A stretch of 64,000 nucleotides of DNA from Nitrospirales bacterium (GTDB taxonomy: Bacteria > Nitrospirota > Nitrospiria > Nitrospirales > UBA8639). Numbering within the stretch: the first letter of the stretch is position 1; each line of letters starts with the position of its first letter. The stretch lies in NCBI GenBank assembly GCA_965203295.1, contig CBDBCZ010000010.1:1-64000 (forward strand), in the 5' to 3' direction. Position numbers and translations under genes: made by a program. The notes under the pieces were generated by a model. The model did no database searches. It saw nothing but the letters and a program-made list of their open reading frames with translations, and was not told the origin of the DNA. This document shows, piece after piece, positions 1-13,835 of this stretch.

Positions 1-75
1 AAGACAAATAACACTTAGGAAAGTGCAAGCTAGTTAACTTAAGAACTTTGTGTATGACGTTTAGTTTTTACTCAC

Positions 76-3000
76 ACTCAGGATCCTCAATAGCACGCCT
101 CATGTTTTCAACCTCTGATATGGAATAATCCGTTCTGAGCCCTATATAATACAATAACTATTTAACCGATTATACGATAGTTTTTTTGCCTCGTTGGCAA
201 AAACTGTTTGTAGCTGCTAAACGCTGGCAGACCGCTACAGGCAACGTGGTACCATGGTGAAGCGCGATGGAAGGGCTTTCCAACGGCGCCAAGATCGCCT
301 GGCTGTCACCACTCTGGACGAAGATAGCATGCTACATCTCACGCGGTAAGTTATTTTTGTTAGCGGTAGCTACCGACGCTTGGCCATTATCGGATCTTTC
401 TGTCACTTTGTGATAGAAGGGACAAGTAATGGCTAAGCCTAGGTGTAGGCATGTGTGTATAAGTGGCTCGCTACTATTTATAATGGTAGCAGCGCTAATA
501 AAGCTTAGTTTTTCCTGGGTAGTGAGACCGAATTTTTAGCGCCTGGAACCCGAGTAACAGTGTGTAGTGGAAGCTGAATAAGTGTGTTGGGTAATCTAAG
601 TCAACAGTAGCCATACACTGAGGGAGGGGGGTAAGAGAAAGACAACGGAATGCAGTGTGATCCACTGAGTCATTGCTCTGCTCCCACTAGGCGCTTGTGC
701 CACTGCAAGAAGCAGTCGCTAGAGGGGTCTCCACTGTGACACAGCCACACATTACACTCCCGACAGAACCAGCTCGTGTCTGTGCGCTGGTGTGACTTAT
801 TGCATTGCGCACACCGTCCCCTCAGCTTCTTTGTCTGCTGCACGTCACTCTGTTGCTTGATGGGAAAGTGTCGCAGAGGAAGGGGATGAATAGCAGAGGA
901 GGTACGGCCTGGTCTGCGACGGCTGCAATACTCGCCGATGAACTGCGTTGCCAGTGTTAGGCGAAAGCCCTTCACTCTAGGGACTGTGGGGTGAGAGCCG
1001 TAGTGTTTGTACATGATGAATGCATTGGTAATGGCCACATCGTACAGGAAGTAGAAAATGTATTTGTAGAACTTCCTGCTCTTGGTACGGCAGCTGTAGT
1101 AGCTGCGTATCTGATCACCCCGGTCTACTCCTCCCATGTAGGCATTGTACACGATGATGGACTCCGGGCACGACACGGGGATTCGGGAGCCATCAAGTTG
1201 CCGCCTCTGTACTGTGCCAGAAGCTTGGGGTTGAGTGCAGGTCGACATCACTGTCACATTCTTCCGATCCTTCCAGACGCTTGCAGTGACCATTCCCTTC
1301 TGCACACTCACGAAGTCACCCCTTCAAAGATAAGTAAGCAATTATACACCTAATTACTTATACTCGATGCATGCAAAGCATTGTGGGACGAGCGAGAGTA
1401 AGCCCTCACCCATTGTGGTGTGGCCTGTTGACGGTCTGTAGATTGGCATGCAAATATGGCAGTTTTCCTAACTCAAGCCCTCCCCTTGTGTAGCATGTTG
1501 GCAACCTGAAGCCTGATTCCCCTCTCCTGCTATTGCCTAGTGATAGTCTCTCTATCTTGTACAATGTACAGCCGTGCATGTGGGCACAAACACTGTGTGG
1601 CCACGTGAACAGTTTGAATGTTGTATTGGATAATGTATGTGTACGATATGCAGTGTGGATCATACGTACGTACGCATAGACAAATTCTCAATTGAACACA
1701 GTATTGTGGAGCTTACTCCCGCTCGCCCAATTATACCTATTTCCTCTCTAAATGTCTGTTTGGTGCAAGAGTTTAATCTCTGTAAGTATAATATTGCTTA
1801 CCTCTTTGACAATTTCACTTCCTTTAGTTGCTCAGGAAATCCCCTCCGGTCTTTCCTTGCTGTCCCACAACTGTAGATCCCGTCCTCCACCAAGCCAGCA
1901 AGGAGATCGTAGCTAGTGAAGAAATTGTCAAAGAAGACGTGATGGTTCTTCCCCTTGAGCTGAGAAGTGAGTGACTTCACAACACGAGCACCTTGCCCTT
2001 TCTCCGCTACGGCACCCTTGCCCGTGTAGATGTCAAACTTTGAGAAGTAACCGTTGCAGCTGTCACCTAACACCCACACTTTGATGCCTCTCTTGATGGG
2101 CTTCATGGGCATAAATTGCTTCAACGATGAGCGCCCCTGAAACTTAATCATCGCCTCATCAACAGCAACTTCTTTGTGGGGGTTGTACAACTCCGCAAAC
2201 TTCGACGTGAAGTAGTCGATGATGGGGCGCACCTTGCCGAGGCGATCGTACCCTGGTGATCCCTGAGGCGAAAGAGTAGCGTTGTCAGCGAAGTGCAAGT
2301 ATCGTGACAAATCCCGGAATCTGTCGCGAGAAATCCGGTCAGCAATCGGTGCGTAGTGGAGCAGTGGGTCTCTCTTCCAATAATCATCTAGAGATGGTAG
2401 TTCCACAATGCCCATGAGGATAGAGAAACCCAAGAAAGCCTTTATGTCAGCAGCCGTCACCTTGACCCACTTGGTGTACTTCTCGTCCCCCATGGCCTCC
2501 CTTGCGTATCGATTGCTCTCCTCCACAATGAAGTCCACAAGGTCATCAGGGAAAAAGAGTTCGAAGACATCAAGTGGAGACTCTGGGACAGCAACTGTTG
2601 GACCCGTAGCGGAGGAAAACGGCTGGATGGAAATGGACGTGAACTTGGATGACCATGTTTCAGGTAAGGAGTGGCTAGGGGATTGATGGTTGGGGCCTGG
2701 TTCCGGAAGGGATGGCATACTACTCCGAGAAGGGGTTGGAGGGTCTAGATCTGGCGCCGGGAAGGATTGCCCAGTCCCTTGGCTAGAAATGGGAGAGTCC
2801 AGCTCTGGAGAGCTGGGACATTCGTAGTCGTCAAGATCTGAAAAGTCACCATCTCTCTCGTCTTCTCCTAGGATCGAAAAATCATCGTCACTTCCATCCA
2901 TCATGGGCTCATCAAGATCATCATCCTGGTCTTCTACCATCATGAGGGCCTCCACAACCTCCTCTGCTGACATGCAGGCTCTTTTGGTCATCTTGGTTGC

Positions 3001-6000
3001 CACTATTTTTATAATAAGACAGCGCATGTAATTTGTGATCGAGCTGCAATTTTTAGTCTCACTGTCCTGAATCCATACAGTGCTCATCTATAATATTATT
3101 CATAGCATTACTTACCACAGGAAGCGCACTGAAGATATACAAGTGCTCGCTACTCGGAACTCCTCCTTTGTAGTTGTAGCGCTTGGAACAGTGATAGCGT
3201 TTACAGCTGACGCAAAAATGCGTCTACCGCGCTTCGCGTATGTACACGCGTGACGCAAAAATGCGTCTATCGCGTATAATCGGTTAAACAAAGGAAATAG
3301 TGGTAAAAAGCATCAACACTAACCTTCTCCAGACTCACTGGCAAGTGTGACAGGATCACTCTTGCTTCTCTCTCTAAGAGAGTCACTTTCACGGTTGGCT
3401 TCTGTAGTATCTTCTCGGGGCTCAACAGCAACTGGGTCATTGCTAGGGTCTTCCTGGATGTTACTAGCAGGGAAAAGGCTGGCCGATGCACCGTCTTCTT
3501 GGCTGTCAGCGATCGGGTTGATCGGTAGCGAAGGCTTATCTTGATCCGTGGGATCACGGCTGGTCACATTAGGGTCCTGGCCAGCTCTAACACTGCTACT
3601 ACCTGCATGCATGAACATATTTTTGTGTACTTATGTGAAACTGTTATGAAATTATGTGTAGGACATACCCTGACCACCATTTTCCACTTCCATATCAAGG
3701 ACCTTCCTCACTGCAATACAATTTTCCGTCCCTGCAAAGGAAACAATATATAAATAAACAAGGGCTTTTCTATAAACATTCTTCCGATTTATTTGCTAAA
3801 ACGTACGGGAAACAGTGAATTTCACTGAGGCACAGAAGGTATCACCTGCCACCTGACATTCATAGGAGCCCTCTCTATTTTCATATAAGATAGGAGTATC
3901 TCCCTCACTGATTGGAGTCTCGTTCCGCAGCCAATGATACTCAGCCCTGGAGTGGTAGCCCGACAAGGCAATACTTGCCATCGTGACCATATCGTCAGCT
4001 TTTGAAGCATAACACCCACTCCAGACTCTGAAGCTGCTCTCTGTAAAGTAATGTAACGAGAGAACAAAGTAGAACCCTAACCTAACAATATATAATATAT
4101 GGAACGTACCTCCGGTAGGGGCTGTGTAAGATATCTCCCCACTTTCACAAGAAACGCTCTCAATGACTTTGCAGATCACTTCATCACCTAAAATAATATT
4201 TTAATACATTAAAAAACTTTTTAGTCAAGATTAATGACACAAAACTACCTTGTTCAATGCAATAAAGATGGTAGCCCAGATGGAGTGGATTTTTGTCAAA
4301 AATTCTGAAGTGGACCCCTGGTGAACTGGCAACGAGATCTCTCACTCGGTACATTTCATCAATATCCTCCGTTAGTTCCCATGCCCGAATATCTTCTTGC
4401 GTCTGCCCAGATTTAAAAGAGTACTTACGAGAGTACTCAGACTGGGTTCGCTTCATGAACTCCACTCGAAAGTACCCTTCTGGAGGAGCTGCAATGACAT
4501 ACTCATATTCACATCTACATCACAATTGTGTAAGGGAAAGAGTATATATACCAAAAGGATCATCCTGTGTGGCTATGTCAGGACTGGCAGTCACAGCTGT
4601 GCCTGCACCTGTATCAGATCCTATGCAGAGAGAAATGAGCTCGAATAATACACTATTAACAGAAGTAGTCATCGTAATTAAATAAACCTTGCGCTTCTGA
4701 ATCCACTTCAGCACTACTCTCATCATGAGGATCATCTTGCGGTGCACAACCTCTAATCGAAATGAAAAGAATATTTAGTAGTTTGTATAATTACACTTTT
4801 TATTGCATATATATATATTGTGTAGTGATTAAAAGTCAGACAGTCGCTTGTAATGTGGAGAGTTATAATTACTGTGTTAAATTCTCATTCGGCCTTGATT
4901 GGTTAATATCCACTACAGGTAAACTGCGTAAGGTCCATCATTACTACATATTATCCCTAAAAAAAGAAGCCACACACAAATTAATACTCACTAGCAGGCA
5001 TCTTCACACAGTACAGACGGGCTCGCGATGGGTAACGAATATGCGACACCTGCAGATAATTGCCCAGGCTCCATGGAATCACCTGCACTGAGCCATCTAA
5101 CCCCTGCACTTCAAAAGACTCGCGCTTGATCGACACACCGGACCCATCAGCTATATAAAAGGTGTCGCCGTCTGTGACATCGGGCCACACAGCTCTCTGG
5201 CACCTGTCCTTCACCATGTCATAGCACAAGTCACGATGAAAGGACACTTTTAGCAGGTTAAAGGAACGATCAAAGGTCCCACGTCTATTTCCGATATCAT
5301 AGATCATACGGCCACAGGATATCTGCAACGTAATTGACCAATAGCTATTAATTATATTCTTCAACCCATTCAAGAATAATATGGAGAACCTCTGAGAAGC
5401 AGTCTGGACATGAGTCTAACTAATCAGGGTATAGAGATAATGCGCAGACTTGGATGCATTCCCCCAAAAAATGGGTTGTGCTTACCAAACTGGCTTCAAA
5501 AGGTTTTTGTTATCATTGTAGCTCAAATCAATGGGAAAATTGGATGTGCCAAAAATAAATGTGTTAAAAACAAATTGGTGCATAGCAGCTGGAAGCACAA
5601 GCTCTACGCTTACCAACATCTGCCCAGCCAAGGCATCACTGTCAGCTGACCCCTTCTTTTTGCTCGTCTTCCGCGCCTTTGATCTTGCTAGGTTAATGTA
5701 CCTCTGCATGGCTGCATGTATTTAAAAATGCATGCGTGCTAGTATGATTGTGTAATATGAGGCATTTAATCCTATACAGCATTGATACAAAACAAACAGA
5801 AAATTGCAATCACTATAAGGCCGAATCTTTTCTGTAGGCTACTAAGTATAGTCACAAAATTCTGGACAACAGACGACCACACCATTCAAGTATTTAATAA
5901 TGATAGTCAGATATATAGGCAAAGTCACAGCACCAACCTTCCTCGCGACTTGGAACATTGGTATGAGAGCTTTCACCAGAGCGGGAGCGTCCACCAGTTC

Positions 6001-6055
6001 GAGAGCATCCACCGCCAGTGGTGACGGCACCACTGCGACTTTTGTCAGCACACAT
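76..6055 (-). CDS. Multi-exon uncharacterised gene with an Ig-like segment; probably continues beyond the left window edge
   Basis: Series of GT-AG bounded open exons on the minus strand: ATG at 6055, exons near 5614-5710, 4990-5322, 4247-4515, 3808-4042 (YHWLRNETPI...GSYECQV, Ig-like), 3324-3601 and 76-141. The 3324/141 junction is in frame. Other boundaries are approximate. Confidence 0.6.
166..3283 (-). mobile_element. Full-length piggyBac DNA transposon
   Basis: TTAA at 162-165 and 3284-3287. TIR CCGATTATACG / CGTATAATCGG. Subterminal direct repeat TGACGCAAAAATGCGTCTA occurs twice near 3208-3269. Encloses the transposase gene. Confidence 0.93.
670..2991 (-). CDS. piggyBac transposase (PGBD4-like), two exons, intron 1322-1801, apparently intact
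   Basis: Motifs VDEAM, FFDNFFTS and MGGVD (DDD triad) plus a C-terminal Cys-rich domain (RCAQC...CRECNVWLC...CFLQWH). Splicing AG|GTAAG...TTGAAG|G joins the ORFs in frame (KLSKR-GDFVSVQ). Start codon uncertain; the ORF extends to 3087. Confidence 0.92.
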
Positions 6056-6102
6056 GTTTCTTGGGCTCAAACACCAGTGCGGCTCCGGTTGCAAGTAAAA
6101 TT

Positions 6103-6157
6103 ACGCATGCGCAATTTGATAATGCGCATGCGCAATTTGATAATGCGCATGCGCAAT
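6103..6157. promoter_or_regulatory. Three tandem 21-bp units containing the palindrome (G)CGCATGCGC (NRF1-like site)
   Basis: TGCGCATGCGCA twice plus ACGCATGCGCA, about 50-100 bp upstream of the ATG at 6055. Confidence 0.45.
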
Positions 6158-6469
6158 TGAGAACTTAGGAAATTAAAATAAAAGTAGATTGAAGTGGAAG
6201 TGAGATTGAAGTGGAAGTGGAAGTGAGATCGAAGTGGAAGTGGTTTCATAGAGTTGAAGTCGATGGCCTCTACGGGCCACCGTAGATCGAAGCCCGACGG
6301 AGGCTGCCCGCGAATCTATATTTTCGATACCTTTCCCTTCAAAAAAACAGCTGGCACTGTAGCATGATGGCTTTTCGATAGTGTTGAGGCACGAACGGCG
6401 ACTTTCAAACGGATTTAAACTGTTGTTGTACATCACTGTGTAACCAGTAAACCGCTCAATCTAATAAAC

Positions 6470-6565
6470 GCCGCCCATGATTAGTGGCCGCCCTCGAATA
6501 GTGGCCGCGGAAAATCGCGCGATGAAATAAATAGTAGCCGCGGCGTCTGATCGTGGAAATACAGT
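6470..6565. mobile_element. Orphan end of a TA-target MITE
   Basis: Repeated TAGTGGCCGC motifs ending in GGAAATACAGTA. No partner end found. Confidence 0.35.
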
Positions 6566-7226
6566 ATGTGAAGCTGTGGGATAAATGCAAGCCTATGAAA
6601 TACTACCTGACTGACTTATACCACATTGCACATACATACAGTCCACACTGTAGAGCAATGATTAAAAAGGGTGGGTTATGAACCTCTATAGCCAATAATT
6701 TACAAGCCAGTGTATAGAAGGCACCTTCCGATTGCAGTCAGCCATAAAACCAAACCTGAAGCCAAAAAAATTCACACGCACACAGCATGCTGACCTTCCC
6801 AAGACAGTGGAGTGTGCATGACCCTTGTGCTAGAAACAAAGCTAGTAAACTCAGATTTGGAAAGTTTACATCTTCAATCTTAGCCTAAGCGTAAAGGTGC
6901 ACTTATTTCTGTAGCAAAAAATTAGCTATAGGAAGAATTGGTTCACTGGCCTGGTGTCAGAGAAATACAGCTGTGCTCACCTGCACACAATTGCGTCCTT
7001 TCAGGTTACTGCCTTTTTATCACAGAGGTCACTCACTTGAGATAAGATACCAGGTCCTCCACACTTAGGAAGGGCATAAGTGTTTAGTAACCAAATATTC
7101 ATGCACATGAGTGCTACCAGGTGGCCTCAAGGTTAGGCACAACCTGAAATTGGGAAGTGCATATTATTCCAGAAATCATGAGGGGTTCTACTTCTGACTC
7201 TGACTAGCTATGACACTTATGTAATA

Positions 7227-7970
7227 GTTAAAGGTCAGTTTGGGTGAGGGGAATTTAAAGTCTGAGGCAAAACCGAGGAGTTTAACCCTTTGAGCGCGGT
7301 ACTTGATTATTCATAACTTCCGCGTCACGCGGAAGCCAATTTAATTTTTGTCTACGGTGCATGTGCTCGCAGTTTTGTAGAGTTGTAGGCTATTTTCCGT
7401 GCTGAACGGCAACACTGGAAGCCAGGAAGTGTATAACTATCATTGTTTAGTGTGTAGCTAGCGTACTAAAGTCTCTGCTATTGCAGAAGAGCGAATACAA
7501 ACGGCAGCACTAAAGCTAACCTTGGTAGTCGCCATTTTCGTGTGTCTGCCCCCTCAACTACAGTGGTGAGTCGCTTCTGTTTCTTCGTGCCGGTTCTGTT
7601 ACTAAGTGCTGGATCTGTACCAAAGGCCTAGCGCTCTGACTGTAGCCATACTTGGCGTTTTTGGCTTCAAAAGCCTTGTAGACGCTACCCGCGCCTTTGC
7701 CGCGTACTAACTGTGCTACACAACTAAGCGTCAAGTGAACGCTTTGAACGACTTGTGGCGGGGGTGGAGCTTTAGATCGATTGCTAAAGACCGTAGGGTT
7801 ATCCCCCTAAAGTGTCACGCGTGCCATAAAATTGGAAGGGTCTGACCCGTAGCACTTATTATGGTGAGCGTATATATACGCTCGTCGCGATACGCGGAAG
7901 TAATTTTCGAGCGTATATATACGCTCGCCGCGTTCAAAGGGTTAACCCCTCACCCAAACTGACCTTTAAC
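7227..7970. repeat. 25-bp perfect inverted repeat (small foldback), interrupted by a piggyBac MITE
   Basis: GTTAAAGGTCAGTTTGGGTGAGGGG (7227-7251) and CCCCTCACCCAAACTGACCTTTAAC (7946-7970). Confidence 0.8.
7286..7941. mobile_element. Non-autonomous piggyBac MITE, copy 1 (about 656 bp)
   Basis: TTAA flanks at 7282-7285 and 7942-7945. TIR CCCTTTGAGCGCGG / CCGCGTTCAAAGGG. No ORF. Near-identical inverted copy at 34397-35044. Confidence 0.93.
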
Positions 7971-9539
7971 GATTTAATGTACATTGGTATAGCAATGATC
8001 CCTGTATGTGCTGTAAGCGTGCAAAAATGTGGTTGCCATGGTAATGTAATTAATCATGCATACAGGAATTTTGCAGCACTGTAAGGCTAACAGCTCTGAG
8101 CTATCCTTATATGGAAGGCACTAGCTGTTAACTTTGATGGGAGTGGGACTTCAAAAGTCTAATCAATTATTCACCCATTTTACTCTATTGAGTTTACTTA
8201 TCAGTTCCTGGCTCAAGCTTTACAGTGTCTGTAACTTCACAACACTGCCACCACCTTTGCTACGACCTTTAGAGCTCCCTCAGTAAGAGAACCAAATGTA
8301 CATGCTGTACTTGTACATATTGTAGTGCTGGATTGAACTGTATGTTTGTGTATGGTATGTAAATAAATTGCAATGATTTGGTATTTGGATTGTTTCTCAG
8401 GAAAGGAAGCCCTACCCGAGAAGTACTACCACCCTCACTTTCAAGGGCTAGACCGCCCAGCAGGTATTCTGTTGCTTAATATAATCATATTTTCATCTTA
8501 ACTCACGTATGAATTTCTGTGCCCAGTGTAACAGCACAGTCACTGCCCAGTGATGGAGGAGGCCCCTCGAGTTCCATGCAGCCAGCCAGTTTGCCAGGGA
8601 ACTATGTGTAAGTTGATATCTTTAGACTTCTCCTAGCCTTATTCTAACAAGTCGGACATTTCATGTCTGAAAAACCAGGTGGGCCCCTTTCCTATACAAT
8701 ACACATAACTCAGCTTACGCCTAGCTAACTGTAGCTGCAGAACTAACCTCGTGGGAGGGGCCTGGGTACGAAGCTACCATAGAACGTAGTAGGTGTAGCG
8801 AAAGTGCTGACTTGACCGTTTTGTCGTGCGCCTCCATTTAGTAGCTATACACCACGAAAACAGGATCGTTACAGCTGTCTACCAAGCCATCTAGACAACA
8901 CATTACTACCTTCATTGACTGTACCTTGGCTTGCAAACCTCAAAAAGCTGCTATACACTGCAGTTGCATAGTAGCGTAATATACTGCGCACGTGATAAGA
9001 GCGGATGCACACAGACATGGAAAATGTAAAGCAATCTTAGGACCAGCTCGTGCTCCGGCTGGTAAAATTAATGTACTCACTTGTAGGGCAATCGTAGCAA
9101 CACGCGTCTAACATCACGTGATATTTAATCAGCGGAATCGCAGTCCACGTGCATAATTGTACAACCAAGATGGCGTGTTGAACGAGGTATGGTTAAAAAA
9201 CTGTCACTGACGTCTTTTTGCACTTGTGACTTGCCTTCAACGACCCCAGAAGTTAACGGACAGCAATAGAAGAGCCATCTCTCCTTGCAGGAAGCAAGCA
9301 CTTTCAGGAAATTTTACAGGAACACGGAGAGAACGACGCACTAAGATAGAATTTCGAGTAAGTCGAAAATATGGGCGAGTCTGTAGTAGTTTTAGCTAAA
9401 TTAGACTAGTATGGGAAAGTAGTAGTGGCCCCAGACAGTTCACTAAGTATTGGTTGTGTAGTAGAGTGATATTGCAAGATAGTAAAAGGGCACAGACACG
9501 GCAGAAACAACAAAGATAAATAAGCGTGTTTTAACTCTC

Positions 9540-11326
9540 TCTGGGCTTCTTGAGCCTTTTAGCGGTATGGTAGTCTTCAAAACAGTTTTCAGGGTGGAGG
9601 GGGGATGGTCACTGCATGTGCAGCAGTAGTACTTGGTGAGATGTCGCTCACCACTTCCCCTGTTCTCTTCCCAGTTGAGAGGAAGTGCTTCCGTAGTTGA
9701 AGCCTTTCCACGCTGTCATGGTAACGATGTCGTCCTGGTCTGGGCCGTGCAGCAAAGCCGATGGTGCTGACCAATGACTTGATCAGGCTTCGCCGAAAGC
9801 CAAAGTGTGACAGGGGGCTGCTGATGGTCTCCTTGTGGAGGAGGTAGCTGTTGACCACTGCTACCTCAAGGAGCCAAAAGAAGACTTTCTTCCACCACTT
9901 GAAGGAGTTGTGTTGGAACCAGTAGTACACCCCCAGCTGGTCAGGCTTGTCAACGCCTCCCATCGCCTGGTTGTAGTCGTTGACTACCTTCGGCTTCTTC
10001 CTGTCCAGCTGGCCTGGAACCTTGGAAGGCAAGGTGAGCATCTCACTTGCGTGGGCATTGAAGGCCATAAAGATGCCTCTCTTGTCTCGCCAGAAGAGAA
10101 AGAGGTTCTGGCCGTGCACAAATGACTTTATCTCTCCCTTCTTCAGCTTCAAACCCTTGAGCTCAGGAGGAAGAAGCCGCCGATTTCGCTGGATGGTGCC
10201 AGTCAACAAAGTATTCTCAGTGGTGAGCTTGTCTAGCAGGGGTGTCCCTTTCCCAGGAGGCCATCCAGCAGAGTGAGAACTACACTCTCTGTGTGGTTGT
10301 AGCCAGGCGAGTCAAGCAGGTCTGTCTCACTTCCGAGGTACAAACGAAGATGGTACATGTACCCGGATTTGCTGCCAGCAAGCACAAATGCTTTTATGCC
10401 CCATGAGTGAGGAATGTACTGCTTGTACTTCAGCCTCCCCTTGAAAGGAATCATGGACTCGTGCACACTGATGTTCTGCCCTAGGGTATAGTTCGATTCA
10501 AAGGCTGGGGCGAGGAGGTCAAGAAAAGGACGAATCTTGAGGGCCTTCATCGGCTGTCCTGGAGGTGGTACCTGGTGATTGAGGTGGAGGCAGGAAAAGA
10601 TCTGGAGGAAACGGTCTCGGCTCATCACCTGTAAAGAGAGACAGCATTACAAAGATTGCACACTACTACAGAAGAGAAATTGTTACCTGTGAAAAGAAAG
10701 GTATGTGAGTGGTCATGTCTGTTGACCAATAGTCTTGCGGAGTTGGAAGCCTGATGATCTCAATATTCAGGATCAACCCAATGAAGGCTTTCATTCCTTC
10801 CACGGTGACATCCTTCCAGTTCCGGAGCCTAGATCGAGGTTTGAGGGGACGGCTATCTCGCAGAAGCTGGGCGTAGATGTTCGTCTCTTCTACCATCAGC
10901 TTGAAAACCTCTGACGAGAAGAACACGGTGAAGAAATCCAAGGGCTCTTCAAAATCAAGATCTTGTGGCAGACATGGACCAGGGGTAAGTGCGTACTGCA
11001 TTGCTGGGGGAGAACTTAGGCTCTCTACTCCCTTCCATTTGTAATCAGCTTGCTTGCCCTTCCCTTTACCTTTCACGGCAGTTTTGCATACTTTTCCCTT
11101 TCCTTTCCCCCTTGCAGAAGCCAGGGAAGATGTGCCCGATCGCTCTCTGACTCGCTCTCTGACTCTCTAACTTCCCCTCACTACCTTCATCTGTACTGCT
11201 GCTCTCTTCCCCTGTGTCATCAAGCACATCTTCAGACTCATCATCACTGCCTGGGGGTGTTTCTATGTCTGACAGCGCTTCGAGGACCTCTTCAATATTC
11301 ACTGCTTTACAATTATGTGTATGCAC
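9540..11326 (-). pseudogene. Decayed piggyBac transposase (second family)
   Basis: Fragments FFTVFFS...WKDVT, MSRDRFLQI, SVHESM (first catalytic D changed to H), DNxY segment deleted near 10240, MGGVD, KWWKKVFF. Intron 10629-10686. Several frameshifts. TIRs not found. Confidence 0.88.
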
Positions 11327-11569
11327 GCACTTTGGACCTGTATCTAATTAAATTGCTACGGTGCGGTAGGCTGGGGATTCCCCGAAGCTGTTGCGGCAAC
11401 ATTCTTGGGTAAGTCCCTGCTAAGGTACGCGCTTGAGCTAATTAAGTAGTTGTCGGTGTTATGTCACAGGGCCTGTGACACACGCATTATGATTACGTAA
11501 CACGCTGTCACAACATACGTGACATACGCATTCACGGAAGTTCTGAATACTGTAACAGCTTACGTGACA

Positions 11570-11793
11570 CGCAGCCTAAGGGCTAAGGGGATTCTAAGCT
11601 CCACTAACCTTTCAACTTGAAGTATATTTACCTCCACACGGGGCCTTCCAGCTCCGGCAGAACCCAATACACGATTACCGGCACGTTGGAGTGTGTTTAG
11701 CCTCTTTTCAAAGTCGAACAGCAGTAAATCAATTATTGTATTGAGGTGTAGCCACTCAGAGGCTGGTTCTGCATCCTGACAGTACACATACAT
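11570..11793 (-). pseudogene. N-terminal relic of an IS3EU-like integrase
   Basis: GRPRVEVNILQVERLVELRIP resembles GRPQIYIPENQLVLLLGHHF of the integrase at 31976-33636. Truncated next to the decayed piggyBac. Confidence 0.45.
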
Positions 11794-13835
11794 AGACTCT
11801 GATAAGAAGCAGGCTGGCTGTCAAATAGATTGTGGCCTGGAATAGGCTTTCTTCATCACCACGACACTGTCTACAGAGATCGAGTGATTGTGAAATCCAG
11901 CTGCATATATACTGTTATCGACCATCTTGTCTTATACCACATTACATCATCCACAATAAAAATGATTGGCTAAAAAGTATGGGTTACATAGTTTCATAAC
12001 CCACACTTTTTATCAGTTCGCTGCGTTGCTACGCAGCGAAGATTGTACGCATGTGCAACGTGGTATAAGTCAGATAGACCACACCCACTCGTGTGATGTG
12101 CTATAACCCACTTGTTTACATTTATCCCTAGGCTTCCCCTCACGATAACTGCTGAAGTGGGTATTTACCTTTCGCTTCGTGGCCTTCTGTTGGCTGGCTT
12201 GCTTCTCCAACGCCTGCTTCACACTCGTTCGCTTTGCGAGTGTCAGAGTGTGCTCGCAGCTGGAGCACGTAGTAAAATACTGCCAAATACTCATCTTGAA
12301 ATAGCTGCTGCTGTAGAAGTATGAACTTTACCTGCCACCTTCGCTGTTGTGACAGCTATTGATTCCATGTTGCGCACCCACTAAAAACCACGCCCACAAA
12401 TTATTGTTCAATGTTGCAATCTTACATTTGCGATGCGGTAAGGACTCGCAAAATTCACGCGAAGTATTGTAGCATTACGGTATCTCTTTTCTCTATAACA
12501 ATTGAAATTCGTTTGAGAGGGTAATTGCCCCAGGGAATTCATTTCTGGCCATATTCTCTCGATTTTCATATTCTACATGATATGTGAATAAGATCTCATG
12601 TAACCATGTATAGAAAAAAAAGTCAAATAACTTATTTCAGTGGAAGGAGAAAGGACATATGGATGGATTAACGGTCCATAATCACACCGCAGCCGCTCCT
12701 GGATGTATATTATTAGATAGAATTTCTTTCCAGATCAACGAGCAGTTGGTGCCATAAACCATAGGTCGTCACTGCTGGTCTGTGTATGAATATTCCAGAC
12801 AACAAAATAAAAAAGGCTACAGACAGGATATGTAGCTATACATGTAGTAAACAAACAATTACATACCTGAAAACACTGTCATAGATGGCTATGCAACTTC
12901 TGATGGCATAGTGGCGTAACTGACAATCATTCCTGAATACCCATCTCTACTTAGCACATGTGTAACACCGTAAATGTTTAATATCTCGTTTTGATGTACT
13001 TATGATCAAAATGTAGAGCAATATAGCGAGAAGGGTTGAAGCATACGTGTTATCTCATCTGAGATCATACTGCACAGGTGAAATCCTTTGCAGGGATGCA
13101 TCTATTTGCCCCTCACAGACTTTCACTCCCTTTGACTGTTGTAGCACACCCATTAGCACACGTCATCCTTAAAATGACCAACCTAAAGAGGGAACACAGA
13201 CAGGAGAACTGAGTCTAAAACAGTATTGCATTTTCTTCACCTGTAATGCACTATTTGCATTACTATCACATTTTTGTGATGGTGTAAGCACTTGCAAAGT
13301 TTTACTTTCGCACTAAGTGTTGTAGCATTACGGTATTGGTAGATGGGGGAAGGCAGCAAAAGTAGGCAAAATTCACTAGCTCATAACATGCTCGAAGATC
13401 TTTTAGTACAGTATATTGTGTATCACGGCATATTCATGTATTTCTGAGCAGAAGTAACAATAACAGTCCACCAGTTCTGTTATTGTTACTACATGCTTGG
13501 AATACAGCATTACGGTACAATGAAAACAAGCTGGAACATAGCCATGTAGAGTACATGCTCTAACACTACACAACGACGGCCCAGTGATATAACCTACCAC
13601 TTCCACAGCTGTCGCTACTATTTCATCCAGCTCAGGACCTTTTGGCTTAATGATGTGATGCTTTGCACAAAACCTATGAAAACCCATTGCTTGTACTGCT
13701 TCAGGGTCCATTTGCACTGCTTGAGATCCACTACCACATGCACACTTCACTGTAAGTCGCAGACTTTCCACCCGGGACTACTTCCAACTTGCTTTCCCAC
13801 CAAACTTCTACTAAAAATTTGAGGTTTCACTATAT

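Noticed and set aside
9060..11560. TIRs for the decayed piggyBac
   Set aside because: No convincing TTAA-flanked inverted pair found.
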